In this document: positions 50,022 through 61,487 of the stretch, one piece after another
Position numbering within the stretch: the first letter of the stretch is position 1
Layout of the letters: each line of letters starts with the position of its first letter
NCBI GenBank assembly: GCA_051294375.1
Contig: CM119270.1
Location: 260,713 to 324,712, forward strand
Direction: 5' to 3'
DNA length: 64,000 nt
Origin: Paraspadella gotoi
Taxonomy: Eukaryota > Animalia > Chaetognatha
Translations under genes and position numbers: made by a program
The notes under the pieces: model-generated
What the model saw: only the letters and a program-made list of their open reading frames with translations
Database searches by the model: none
What the model was told of the DNA's origin: nothing

Positions 50022-50260
50022 AGTATGGTGGACTAAAATCCACCAACCGTTCATTAGCGGCCATTGGCCGGAGGCAAGTCATTCGCCTCCCAACCCAAAG
50101 GTCCGGGGTTTCTAGCCTGGTGGTCGCCTAGCAGTTAAGAGGGACGGGGCGCTTAACCCGCCTGTAACATGGTGTTACAGCCTGATCCGAAGCTCAGGGA
50201 CTGCTTATATAGAACGGTTCTGTCATTAACAAATATCAATAATTACTGTCTCTTCAATAG
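50022..50260 (+). mobile_element. Family B, best-preserved copy: terminal hairpin + tRNA-Gly-like head + twister
   Basis: Hairpin GGTGGACTAAAATCCACC; tRNA-like 50057-50127 (acceptor GCGGCCA/TGGTCGC, TTCGCCTCCCA, GGTTTCTAGCC); twister 50130-50205; enclosing stem AACCGTTC (50045)/GAACGGTT (50212). The same ends occur in the copies at 58.2 and 59.2 kb. Confidence 0.85.
50130..50205 (+). ncRNA. Putative intact P5-type twister ribozyme
   Basis: P5 AGCAGT/ACTGCT; P2' GAGG; conserved GA 50143-44; T1' CGGG; TAA (predicted cut 50154|50155); P2 CCC; T2 GC; P3 TGTAACA/TGTTACA; P4 CCTGA/TCAGG; L4 TCCG-AA-GC. P1 is minimal or absent. Confidence 0.8.
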
Positions 50261-51408
50261 ATAGATAGATAGTTAGGGAGATACAAAGATGGATTAAATA
50301 TAAAATTATATAGATATTTACACTTTGCTAAAAGATAGCCAGCAGACAGCGACAATCACATAAACAGATTGACAGATAGTCATACGATAAGATTGACGAG
50401 GCAAATTAAACATAGACAGTCTAAATCAAAATTAGATTAAAACAATAATCGATCAATATTACCGTCAATGATAATTATCCATCGTTTCCATAAAACTCGC
50501 GCGAAATTTGATGAGTCATCGAATCGAATACAAAAAATCCCTTGTTGATCTTTACAATGGAAACCGCAGCTGCCATGAGTGGAGTGACTCTCTCTCTCTC
50601 TCTCTCTTCGGCTTCGTTCCTCTCGCGCTCTCTCTCGCTGGCCCCGAGAGTTGACGATAAATGACCGGCGTCCCAGTTTGGAGTTTAGACCAAAGTCAAT
50701 CAAAATCTTTTGTTCGAGAAAAAAGAAAAACTTTTTGGTTAAGATTCCGTCCCTCTGGCGGGAGCTTGAGGAAGCGAAGTGAAAACAAAAGATTTGGAAT
50801 CGTGGGTCGTGAAAGATTATAATTAATATAATTAATATAAAGGTTTTCGAGTTGCTCAGCGTGGACTTGAGAAATTAATCAATTTAGGGTCGGTCCGACT
50901 GTCCGTCAGTCCGTCGATCAGAGCTGCTAACGTTCAAATGTGATTAACTCGTTTAATACTTGAGTCATTTTGATTAATACTTTCGAAATAGTTGTACGAT
51001 GAGACCCAGAAGTTTCCAACTAATGTAGTGTCGTTATGACTACGGGATGCGATCCCGGAAAAATAAATTTATGTTCATTGAACAAATCAGTGAACTTACT
51101 CTTCATAGAATTTTTACCGTAATTACGATTTTAAACTGTTGATGTTTATATACCAAACGTGACTCTTGACAATAAATCAGCCGGCTCGATAATAATTTGC
51201 CTAATATGCCAAATACTAGGGGGTGGAAATTGACTATCACATAAACATTTTATGTCGAAAGGTCGGAAAATTTTTGGGATGAATTTCTCTCTACAAGTTT
51301 CACCGGCGTAATTGAATTAACAATGTAATATTAATATTAATGGTAATTATCGTTTGATTTTACTACATCGAATTAAATGGGTTTTTTTTACCTGATGGGG
51401 AAATGTTG

Positions 51409-51467
<59 letters not shown>

Positions 51468-51842
51468 AAAAACAAGCAACCATCATACAAATAGAAGTGA
51501 ATGTAATTCGTGTTATTTTAACGTTAACAACATTTAGAAATTACGCATATATACTGTTTATTATATAAATAGACTATGCAGCGGGAAAATCACCGTCCAA
51601 GTGATTAAAACTTTTTCGCGATTTTATAATAATAATAATAATAATAAAAATAAGACGCGAATTTTGTCTGAATTTAAACATTTTATAATAATAATAATAA
51701 TAAAAATAAGACGCGAATTTTTGTCTTAATTTAAACATTTTAACGTCCGACAATTAAGAAAATTCTATTCTATTAATAAAAAAAGTAAGTTTCTATTAAT
51801 AAGAAAAGTAAGTTTCTATTAATAGGAAAAGTAAGTTTCTTT

Positions 51843-52954
51843 TTATCTGACTCCTGAGTCACTGAGATCCCCGTTAATTCCCGAGTTGTTGTTGTTGTTG
51901 TTGTTGTTGTCGCCGTCGTCGGGGGCTAAGTTGTTGTTGTTGTTGTTGTTGTCGTTGTTGTTATCGCCGTCGTCGGGGGCTAAGTTGTTGTTGTTGTTGT
52001 TATTATTCTGTTCTAAATTATCCGGAGTTCTTCTTTCTTCCGGAGTTTTAAATCCGTTGGGCAGAGGACTTGATCCTGGGGAAAAAAGGCGGAGAAAGTT
52101 TTAAATGGAATGAAAAAGTGAGACAAAGTGAGGCTTTTTAAGTTTTGGATCCGTTTTTGCGACAATTAAGAACTGGCACGAAGTATGCTAGTAAAATAAA
52201 CAAAGTCCGCTGTGGTTAATTACGCTCACTGATACAGTTGATAGCCCTCCAGTCAATAATGATTCTAATGCACGAGTCCCTTTTTTTAAAAGGCAAAGAG
52301 ATATTTCGTATTCAAGTAGTTTTATCTCTAAAAGAAATGACGCCAGGTTCTAGCCTTGGCCAGAACGGTCCTTGCCAGGTTCTAGCCCTGGTCAGCGCGG
52401 CCCTTGCCAGGTTCTAGCCCTGGTCAGCGCGGTCCTTGCGCAGAAGTGTCGGGCCGGTTAAACCAGCAGTAGCAAGCCCGATTAGGGAAGCAGGGCCCAC
52501 TGGTCGCTTCAAGAGTGGGAGCGAGCAATGAACACTTGGAAGGGAACTTGGCTTCCTGCTTTACATTCTCGGTCACTGAGGCCGCCTTATTTCCCTGTTA
52601 CCATCTTAAACGCTAAAAACGCCACTAAAGAACGCCATTAAAAATGCCCCTGAAGATCGCCATTAAGAACGCCACTAAAGAACGCCATTAAAAATGCCCC
52701 TGAAGATCGCCATTAAGAACGCCACTAAAGAACGCCTCTCTCTTCGCTCACCATCTTCGGCGCTAAAGGGCGCCGGTGTGTTCCCTCTCGGCGTTGTCGA
52801 CGGCGTCACTTCTTCATTATAAAGTGGACTGTTGACCTCGACGTCCCAGAGCGGCGCCAAACCTGGAGTCTCGTAGACATCGTCGGCGTTGTCCATGGAG
52901 AGAGAGTTCACAGGTTCCATCTAAAGAAGTTATTGGGTTAATAGAGGGATGAAG

Positions 52955-53024
<70 letters not shown>

Positions 53025-55379
53025 ACCTGATTCTTCTCTCTCTCCATCTGCAACATCCTCTCCTTCTCTCTCTGATATTGAAACTTCTGCGCGCTGAGAG
53101 CGAGTGCTCCGTCCATAGCGCCGACTCCTCCGTACGGACCATAGGCCGGATTGGCTCCGGCATAATTGCCGAGAGAGGGAACTGTTTTGATGTTGTAAGT
53201 CGGACTGTCACCGTAGGCGATCTGTAAAAGAGGATGAAGTAGAGGAAGAGAGATGAAGAATAAGAATTTTAACAAAAACCTTATTACACTGTCCTTTTTA
53301 ATATTGGTTATGCTTTGCATTAATGTTTGGCTAATTGCCTACCAAGTGAAAAATAGTTTAGGTTATGACACTACTAAGTAGGGTTAAATGGATATATTTT
53401 TAAAGTTTTAATTATACATCTTTGAGACTAAATACCCGTATCTGAGCTATGTACCTCGAGGAGGTAGGAAAATCCTATTGAACTTTTACCCATTTTTAAG
53501 TAATTGAAAACTTGGTTTTTGTTCACCGTTCCTTTTATCAATTTAAACTTAAAAATAAATATAAAAACTGTCATTATCTCACCATTGATATACTTGAGAT
53601 AAAGCATTACCATGTATATCATAAAAATTTTACCATTGTCATATCTAAATATAGCTATCTAAAAGTCAGCATCGCCATTTTTAAATGTAGAAATTGTCCT
53701 ATATTAATAATATCTTAATTTTGATATTACTAAATCTGTATATTATTTATCGGGTAAGTCTTTACACAAACCTCCCTTACCTCTTGAGTCATTTTTGCAT
53801 TCCTTCTCAGCCTGATGACACAGACCGTGATAAAGATGACGGCGATAGCGCCAGCAACGCCACAGACAGTGACAATGATGAGAAAGTAAACGTTAGAGAA
53901 TTCGCCCTCGGCCGCTGCTAGAGGGACGGCCTAAATGGGAAGAAGAAGAAAATTCTAAAATCTCATTTACATATTGGAGTGTAAGTAGAAGTCTAAGTTT
54001 GAGGGTGTTAGTTTATTTTTAAGAGAAAAATCTAAATCAGAAAAAAAAATATAAATTCTTAGTTTTAACTTTTAAAAAGAATCAGTTCTTAAAATTATCA
54101 GTTTTATATCTGATTTTTAGATTTAGTTTGGCATCTTTGCAACAGATTCAATAAGGCACAGTTGCACTAGATTCACAGATCACACTCACAGTGACTCCGC
54201 TGTTCTGCTGTTTTTGGATTCGCTTTTTTTCTTCTTTCGATTTTTCTTCTAAATTCGCGTCTTTTCTTTTAGACCGAGAATTCATATCCGATGAATCTGA
54301 AAAAGGAATAAAAATTCATAGGAGAATTTAATTCACGTGAGGATGTGACATGATATGCTGTTCATCGAAACGTTAACTACCAGCACAACTTCGTGGCTCA
54401 CTGCTCGACAGACCAAACGACCAATTTACTAACACCTCATCTTTAATCATTCATCAATTTTATAAAGTTTTGCTTTACATCCAGTTCGCCATATATACCG
54501 ACCATTCATCTGCTAGCAAAACTTAGCGAATCATAGCCCACAGACAGACCCCTCAACTTGCATTTTGACCCCTTGTGTCTCATTGAGATTCATAAATTTT
54601 TTTATCATTGACCGACCCACCAACCTCCCAATTGCCAGCCCGACTTAATGATTCACTGCCCGACAGAGAGACCGACCAACTGACCCGGTATTCCGACCCG
54701 CTCCGTTTCATCGTCCGTCAATCGACGTCGAGATTCGACAAAACTTTTCTTCTCTTCGACTTTGTCTTCGGTGAGAGATGGAATGAAGACGACGTCGGGG
54801 TCCGCTGTTGGTTGGATTAGAGGAGAAGTCTTTCATTTGTAAAGTTACAATAATAACGTGAAGGATATTAATAATATTTGGAAAACTTAATGATTTTGAA
54901 ATCTTATTTAAATTATCCTTAAAAAGGTAATTTTAATATTAAAAAAAAACCGAATCAAAAGATATGATAAACCAACTTAGCATCTACAATATGCAAATAA
55001 GATTTAAAAAATCGATCACATTTAAATCGAACCAATAGTTTCTCTGCTACAGAGGAGAGAGACGGAAGATAGAACGAAATGTAGGATTCTCGCTCAAAAA
55101 TGTAATTTTAATTACACTGAACCCTTTAAATGATTCAAAATATTGCAACCCTCACTACCTCCAATTATCGTCCCTCACTCCTGTGAAATCACAACGCTCA
55201 CTACCTCCAAATTAGTTTCGCTCACTCCTGTGAAATCACAACGCTCACTACCTCCAAATTAGCGTCGCTCACTCACCGAATTCCATGGCGGCGCCGTCGA
55301 CGAGTCCGGGATTTTCGGCGCCGCAAGTTGACGCCGCTAGCGCCGCCAACGACCCCAGCATAAGTTTGATCAAAATCAT
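51843..55379 (-). CDS. NPDC1: NPDC1 / cab-1 family type I membrane protein, 7 exons
   Basis: Exons 55277-55379, 54685-54804, 54190-54296, 53781-53930, 53027-53221, 52752-52920, 51843-52075; all phase-compatible. Signal peptide MILIKLMLGSLAALAASTCG, TM YFLIIVTVCGVAGAIAVIFITVCVI, then DGALALSAQKFQYQREKERML...VYETPGLAP.WDVEVNSPLY, matching the NPDC1 cytoplasmic motif. Confidence 0.85.
52342..52440 (+). repeat. 3 x 31-bp repeat of a T-arm-like hairpin (CCAGGTTCTAGCCCTGG)
   Basis: Read directly; resembles the family B T arm. Confidence 0.8.
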
Positions 55380-57379
55380 TTCGTTTCCCTTTTGTTTATT
55401 TAGTGTTTTTCTTGTTGTTGTTGTTGTAGTTGCGACGAGTTGTGGATGAGAGAAAGAGATGATCTCATCTCATCTCATTTCTTTCTTCTTTTTCTCTCAT
55501 CGCGAGAAAAACTTTTTTAGGGAAAATTTAACATTTCTTTTGTTTACTTATTTTTTATTAAAAAACCTAAAAAAAGAAAAATGGAAATCGTGCAATTTTT
55601 GCCCTTCATAAAAAAAAAAATATTGTGAAACGTGAAACTTGAAATATAAAATTTAAAATTATCTATTTTGTTGGGTTTTTTTTTAATCTTAAAAAAATTA
55701 TGATATTATCGTTTCATTCAATAAATTAATTAAATTCCCTCCTGACTTTGGACAGGCTATAAGGCATCCGATAAAAAATTGCAGTAAATCGGTCGATGCG
55801 CACGAAAATTAAACGATATAACTTTATAAATATGTATTACTTCCGGTTCAAGTTTTCATGTCTGTAAAAAAAAAAAATTAAACTACAACGCAATGACATA
55901 AAAGCCGAGAGGCGTAAACTGTCTGCTCAGTTTTTTCCCGCCTCGCCGTAAAATTACGCCCATCGCGACAAATAAATATATTCTTGTCTTTTTTTAATAG
56001 ACACGTTTGTACAGACAAACAAATTTAGATGGAATTGAAGTTTAAAGAAAAGAAAGGAATCCACCAATTTTCCAGTCGTAGATTAAATGAAGACCTTACG
56101 TAACCTTTATCAAACTGTGACGAGTTAAGTCTGAAAAACAGGATTTCTTGACTAAAATCTAGAAAATAAAAGAAATAAATATTGAGTGGAGAAAAAAGAA
56201 AAATAAATAGAATTCAGACAGAAACTCGTGATAAAATAACAAAAAATAAGCCGTTGGTAAATTAGTAACTTATTGATAGCATTTAGCGGTAGGCTTAATC
56301 ATATTAAAAACACCTTTATGAAGAAGAAAATATAGACAAATTGACGTCCTGAAGCAGTTATCTGCACTGCGGATCTGACTGAAAACAGTTAATTTTTTTT
56401 TCCTTTGAAGAAAATATGGTATCATACTGACAGAAAGTTAAACATTCAGACGTAGAAAAAAATGACAGAAAGACAAGTCTACTAATATGCGTATTTAAAA
56501 CGTGCAGGACGCTATCTATAAAATTATAAATGTAAGTTAAATAGATTTTTAAAACTCGCATATGAGTCGAGATGAAAAAATTTCGATACGAAACTTGAAT
56601 TTTACTTCGTTTTTTTTTGTACAAAAATTAGAGTTTAATTTGGTATCGCAGTAGTAAAATGAATTAAAATTTAGTTAAAAACACGTAGCGAAATGTAAAA
56701 ACTGTAATATAGTAGCAAAAACTAATTAAGTATGAGATTAGAACGGTATGATTTTTTTTTTACAAACAAGGCATGCGAAAATAAAGCCGAAAAAGGTCCG
56801 GTTTCTTTATTCAAAATTGTTGTTTGTAAACGTTCTAACGTTCTAAGATTAAATAATAATTTATTAATCAATAATAAATGTAATAACGATGTTTTGGTTC
56901 AAATAGATTTTAAATAATTTTTTCATCAACGTAAGATTTTCAGCAAACTTCTTTTTTCTTTTGTTAATATTTTTTTATGTTTTATCTTATTATTAATACA
57001 ATTTTTAATCCATTTTTTTTTCTACAGGGTTGAACGCACTCAGTCAACGGAGGCGAAATTCCCATAAAAAAATTTCGCTTATTCTATTCAATTAACCAAA
57101 TTATAATTGAGGTGTTTTTTTAGTCCACAGTATAATTTTCAACCTGGAGAGATAAATGTAATATCATTAAAGTCACGACTTTTTTTAAGGTAAGCCTTAT
57201 TCAGTACCACATTAGATATGGGCCTGCCTGATGACAACCACCCAATAAAGGGGTCATGCTGTATTGTTATCTTGTTAGAGAAAAGATAATTTGTTCAAAT
57301 TCCAAAGTCAGAAGGCAAAAAGAATGGATGAATTTTCGTTTTGCTTTCACTTATTTATTTAAGTATTCGTGGATAATAA

Positions 57380-57635
57380 ACAACCTGGGCTGAAGAATGC
57401 TTTCCGCAACTTTTTTAACACCTCGCAGCCATGTAACGATTCTTGGGCTTGGAAACAGGCAAGAGGGTTTCCCAGGGCCGCAAGGGGGTCTACGGCCGTC
57501 CTCACGCTTCCCGCCGGTTATTTACCATTAGGGGATCGATCCCGGTACCTGATGGTATTACTCAAAGAGCCACCGGGTCACGACTGAAGGTTACATGCTT
57601 ATAGGCGAGATGAACATATTGAAATTCCCGACTAT
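57380..57635 (-). mobile_element. Family A repeat with a degenerate twister (57436-57514)
   Basis: Minus strand reads GCGGG AA GCGT GA GGAC GGCCG TAG...G CCTGT TTCCAAGC CCAAG A ATCGT. Confidence 0.8.
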
Positions 57636-58221
57636 CTATTCATCTTTTGCCAAAAAAATATTCTTATATTTGCGTCGTTAATTATAAGCGAATTATATAT
57701 TATTATATATATTATTATTATATAATATACCATAATTGCAAGTTGTTAAAAATTCTCTTTTGTGATTAAATCATTTCTAGTCGAACAAACCAAAAAAATT
57801 ATCTCAAATAGTATTTGTTCCCCTGGGAATTTGTTCCCCTGGGAATTTGTTCCCAGGAGATTATTTTTTTTTATTCCAGGGGATCAATTTCACAAGAGAT
57901 CAATTTCACAGGTGGTCCTTCGCAGAGTCACATTAGTTGTCGTTGTTGTGATCTTTGATGCGGGCGAGAGACAGATTATCTTTTTGACGGAGGTGGGAAT
58001 TTTAACGCGAGAGAAAAAAGAGGAAGGAAAACGTAAAATGATTGGGAGGTGACCATTACGGTGATTGGTGGTGATTGGTAGTGATTGGGGGTGAGTGGAG
58101 GGTAGGGGTGGTGGTTGGTAGTGATTTGTAGTGATTAATAGTGATAAAAAGTGTTCGTAACGGCTTAATCTTTATAATAAATAAGTTATTTTGAAAAATA
58201 GCGAACTCACGATATTTACAA

Positions 58222-58425
58222 TATTGAAGAGACAGTAATTATTGTTATGTGTTAGTGACAGAACCGTTCAATTTAAGCAGTACCAGGCGGGTTAAGCGCC
58301 CCGTCCCTCTTAACTGCTCGGCGACCACTGGGCTAGAACCCTGGACCTTTGGGTTGGGAGGCGAATGACTTGCCTCCGGCACCAATGGCCGCTGACCAAC
58401 GGTTGGTGGATTTTTATCCACCATA
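58222..58425 (-). mobile_element. Family B copy with P3/P4 deleted
   Basis: TAAGCAGTACCAGGCGGGTTAAGCGCCCCGTCCCTCTTAACTGCT...GGTTGGTGGATTTTTATCCACCATA. Confidence 0.85.
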
Positions 58426-59228
58426 AATTATTATGGCATAATATCAAAGTAATTTTTAAATTTCTCTGTTTCTAGGAAATATTTTAATTTGTAAGTTAAC
58501 AAAGGACATAATATAATTCGGAAAATGTTATAAGTGAATGCAATATCATCAATGATAAATCGTTAATGAAATCGTTAATGATATCAATGATAAATCATTA
58601 ATGCTATCGTTAATGACATCAATGATTAATCGTTAATCTTCGCTTCTAATGCGATGACGACGAAAATTATTCCTGTTTTGAAATTAAATTTTTTTGTTTA
58701 TTTCCTCAAAAATCAGGTCCACGCCGTTGTTGACTTTTTCGATAGCTAATGTCGGTGGATTAAGTTTAAATATTTCAGCGTTAGAGCGTTTAGTTTTTTT
58801 TCGTTTCCCTTTTCCTGTTCGTTGGTTGGTTTGGAAAATAAAACTTAATTATATAACTGTTTATGAAACGATTTACATGTTCAGAGAATTAAATCGAAGT
58901 CAACCTTTCCTTTTTCGGGTAAGTATTTCCAGTAACGAGCTGCATTCTCCGCGGCAGCAGCGTCGCAGCGCAAAAAAAAAAAAATTGCGGATCCTGAGTT
59001 AGTTTTTTTCTATTGAGTTTTTCGATCGCAAAAGCAGCAGTTGAGCTGCCGCGTCAGAAGCGACAGCAGACTTACCGCATCAGGGAAACAGCGGCAACCA
59101 TAAAATCGAGAAGAGACGAACAGGTTTCGGAGCCGAACAAAGATCGGGACTCCATCGGACGAATATTTTTGGTCGGTCAGTCCGCTCTTGTCTGTCGGTC
59201 GGTCTGGTTAATCGGTTAATAAATTAAT

Positions 59229-59445
59229 CTATTGAAGAGACAATAATAATTGTTAAGAGTTAGTGACAAAATCGTTTAACATAAACAGGGCTTCGGATCA
59301 CCCTGCAACACAGTGTTGCAGGCGGGTTAAGCGCCCCGTCCCTCTTCACCGGACTAGATCCCCGGACCTTTTGGTTGGGAGGCGAATGACTTGCCTCCTG
59401 CACCAATTAACGATTATGAACGGTTGGTGGATTTTAGTCCACCAT
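59229..59445 (-). mobile_element. Family B copy with a compensatory P3 change
   Basis: P3 reads TGCAACA/TGTTGCA versus TGTAACA/TGTTACA at 50163; L4 TCCGAAGC is retained; P4 and P5 are damaged. Confidence 0.85.
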
Positions 59446-60107
59446 ACCATAGAAGATGGAATCGGAACCAAAAACGATCAGTATTTATACCATTAAGTTT
59501 ATTTTTTTGTTATTATGCTATTAATCTAGTTATTTGGTTGATAATTTAGTTGATAGTTAGTTTATAGTTTACAGTTAGTTTAATTTAGTTTAATATTTTA
59601 GTTTATTGGCTGAGTTATTTTATTCGTATATTAAATTTCTTCCATAAATTAGTTGATCTGATTGGTGAATCTGGTCGATCCATTCAGTTCACTTATAAAT
59701 AGTTGTTATTATTTATAAATATGTTAGCCATTCTAGTATAATTATGTTACATCGGTTTTTTCTGTAAGTCAATACTAGTATATAGGCAGTAACAAGTTTT
59801 GCTAAGTTCGTTCGTCTTGATCGTTTCGATTATTTTATTTTTATTTGTTGAATGTATTAAATAGTAAGTATTAATTAAATATTTCAGGGTCCCGTTTCGA
59901 TTCTTTTATTTTTTAAAATTTTTTCTAGTTTTCGTCACCAATGAGTCCTTCATTAGAGAGAGCAAAAATTCGTAACGATTCTGTAGTAGAGAATTTGTAA
60001 CGAGAACAGAGAAATAAAAGAACCTGAATTTCGAGAGGGAGCAAAAAGGGGAGAGAGAGAGACAGAGATAATTGAATTAAGGCGATTGAAGAATAAAAGC
60101 AGCGCGT

Positions 60108-60165
<58 letters not shown>

Positions 60166-60774
60166 TCTCTCTCTACCTGAATGAAGAAACAGTCGGGCAA
60201 AGTCAATGCCCAAACGGGTCAAATAGCAAATGGCATTTTAATGGTTTTTTGATGGTAAAGAGAGAATATTTCATATGGCATTGATATATTTTTAAAGGAT
60301 CTTAATTGTCAAATTGTCTAATGCGTCAATAGTTTTTATTAAAGTGCCTTAAGTCTAATTACGGCTCATATGGTATTAAAGTTTGTTTATATAAATTTTT
60401 GCTAGAAAAATATGATGGAAGGCTGATATAGCTAACTTTTAAGCAATGGATAATAATAAACAATGAAGCAAAGGTTCAGTTGACGTTGTCTGATAAAAAT
60501 GTTCAATTGGAAGTAAAATATTTTTTTGACTTAACGGTAAATTTCCGTTGATTGTGAGAAACGTTATTATTTTAAATTTTATGAGAATAATGAATATAGA
60601 ATTTAGAATTACTGATTACTACGAAGGAAATAAATGAAAGTATCAATGAATAAATAAATGAATCACTCAATCGATCGATAAATCAATCAATCAATCCAAT
60701 CAATCAATAACTATAAATAAATAAGATAAATAAATAAATAAATAAATATATAAATAAATAAAATAACAAATTAG

Positions 60775-60808
<34 letters not shown>

Positions 60809-61092
60809 CAATCCATCAATCAATAATTTTTGTGGGTGGGTTTGTAGTAAAACAAAGCAATTAATAGCAATCCAAGAAAAAAAAAAAACAGAACAAAAGC
60901 AAAATAAAAAGCAAAACCAAAAAAAAAGAAAAAATGGAGCGAAGGTTTCGTTGTTTTTTTTGTTTTGTTTTTTTTTTTAGCTCATTTTTTTTTTTTTTTT
61001 TTTTTGCGCGCTGGCGCAATCAATATGAAAAATAATTTATTGTCATAATAATTCCTGGGTCCAATTTGGTCTATGCTTCTGCTCTCTCTCTG

Positions 61093-61168
<76 letters not shown>

Positions 61169-61367
61169 GGGGCGTTTATTTTTAAAAGCCCGCACCGCAA
61201 AAAAATAAGCCTCCGCCCATGACGAAAAAATTATCAATCCTTTTTGGAAGATTAGATTTGTTTATATTCTTGTTTTTTCTTTTTTATTGTTTATGTTGTT
61301 TTTTGATTGATTACTTTTTTGTTGTGCGGCATTGTATTTTATTCCTTTACATCACGTAATAAAAGTA

Positions 61368-61487
61368 TAGCGGGTTGGGATTGAACCCAGCAGCAAGTGG
61401 CCGATGGCTCTACCCAATGAGCCACGGGGTCACGATTGAACCTGTTATGCTTAAAGGCGGGGTGAACTTATGCAATACCCGACTACA
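61368..61487 (-). mobile_element. Family A 5' part (upstream extension plus tRNA head)
   Basis: Minus strand reads GTAGTCGGGTATTGC...TTCACCCCGCC...GTGGCTCATTGGG...GGGTTCAATCCCAACCCG. Confidence 0.8.

Noticed and set aside
58358-58378. GGCGAATG as an HDV-like ribozyme J4/2 strand
   Set aside because: It lies in a simple hairpin on the antisense strand of the tRNA-like head, and no nested double pseudoknot was found.
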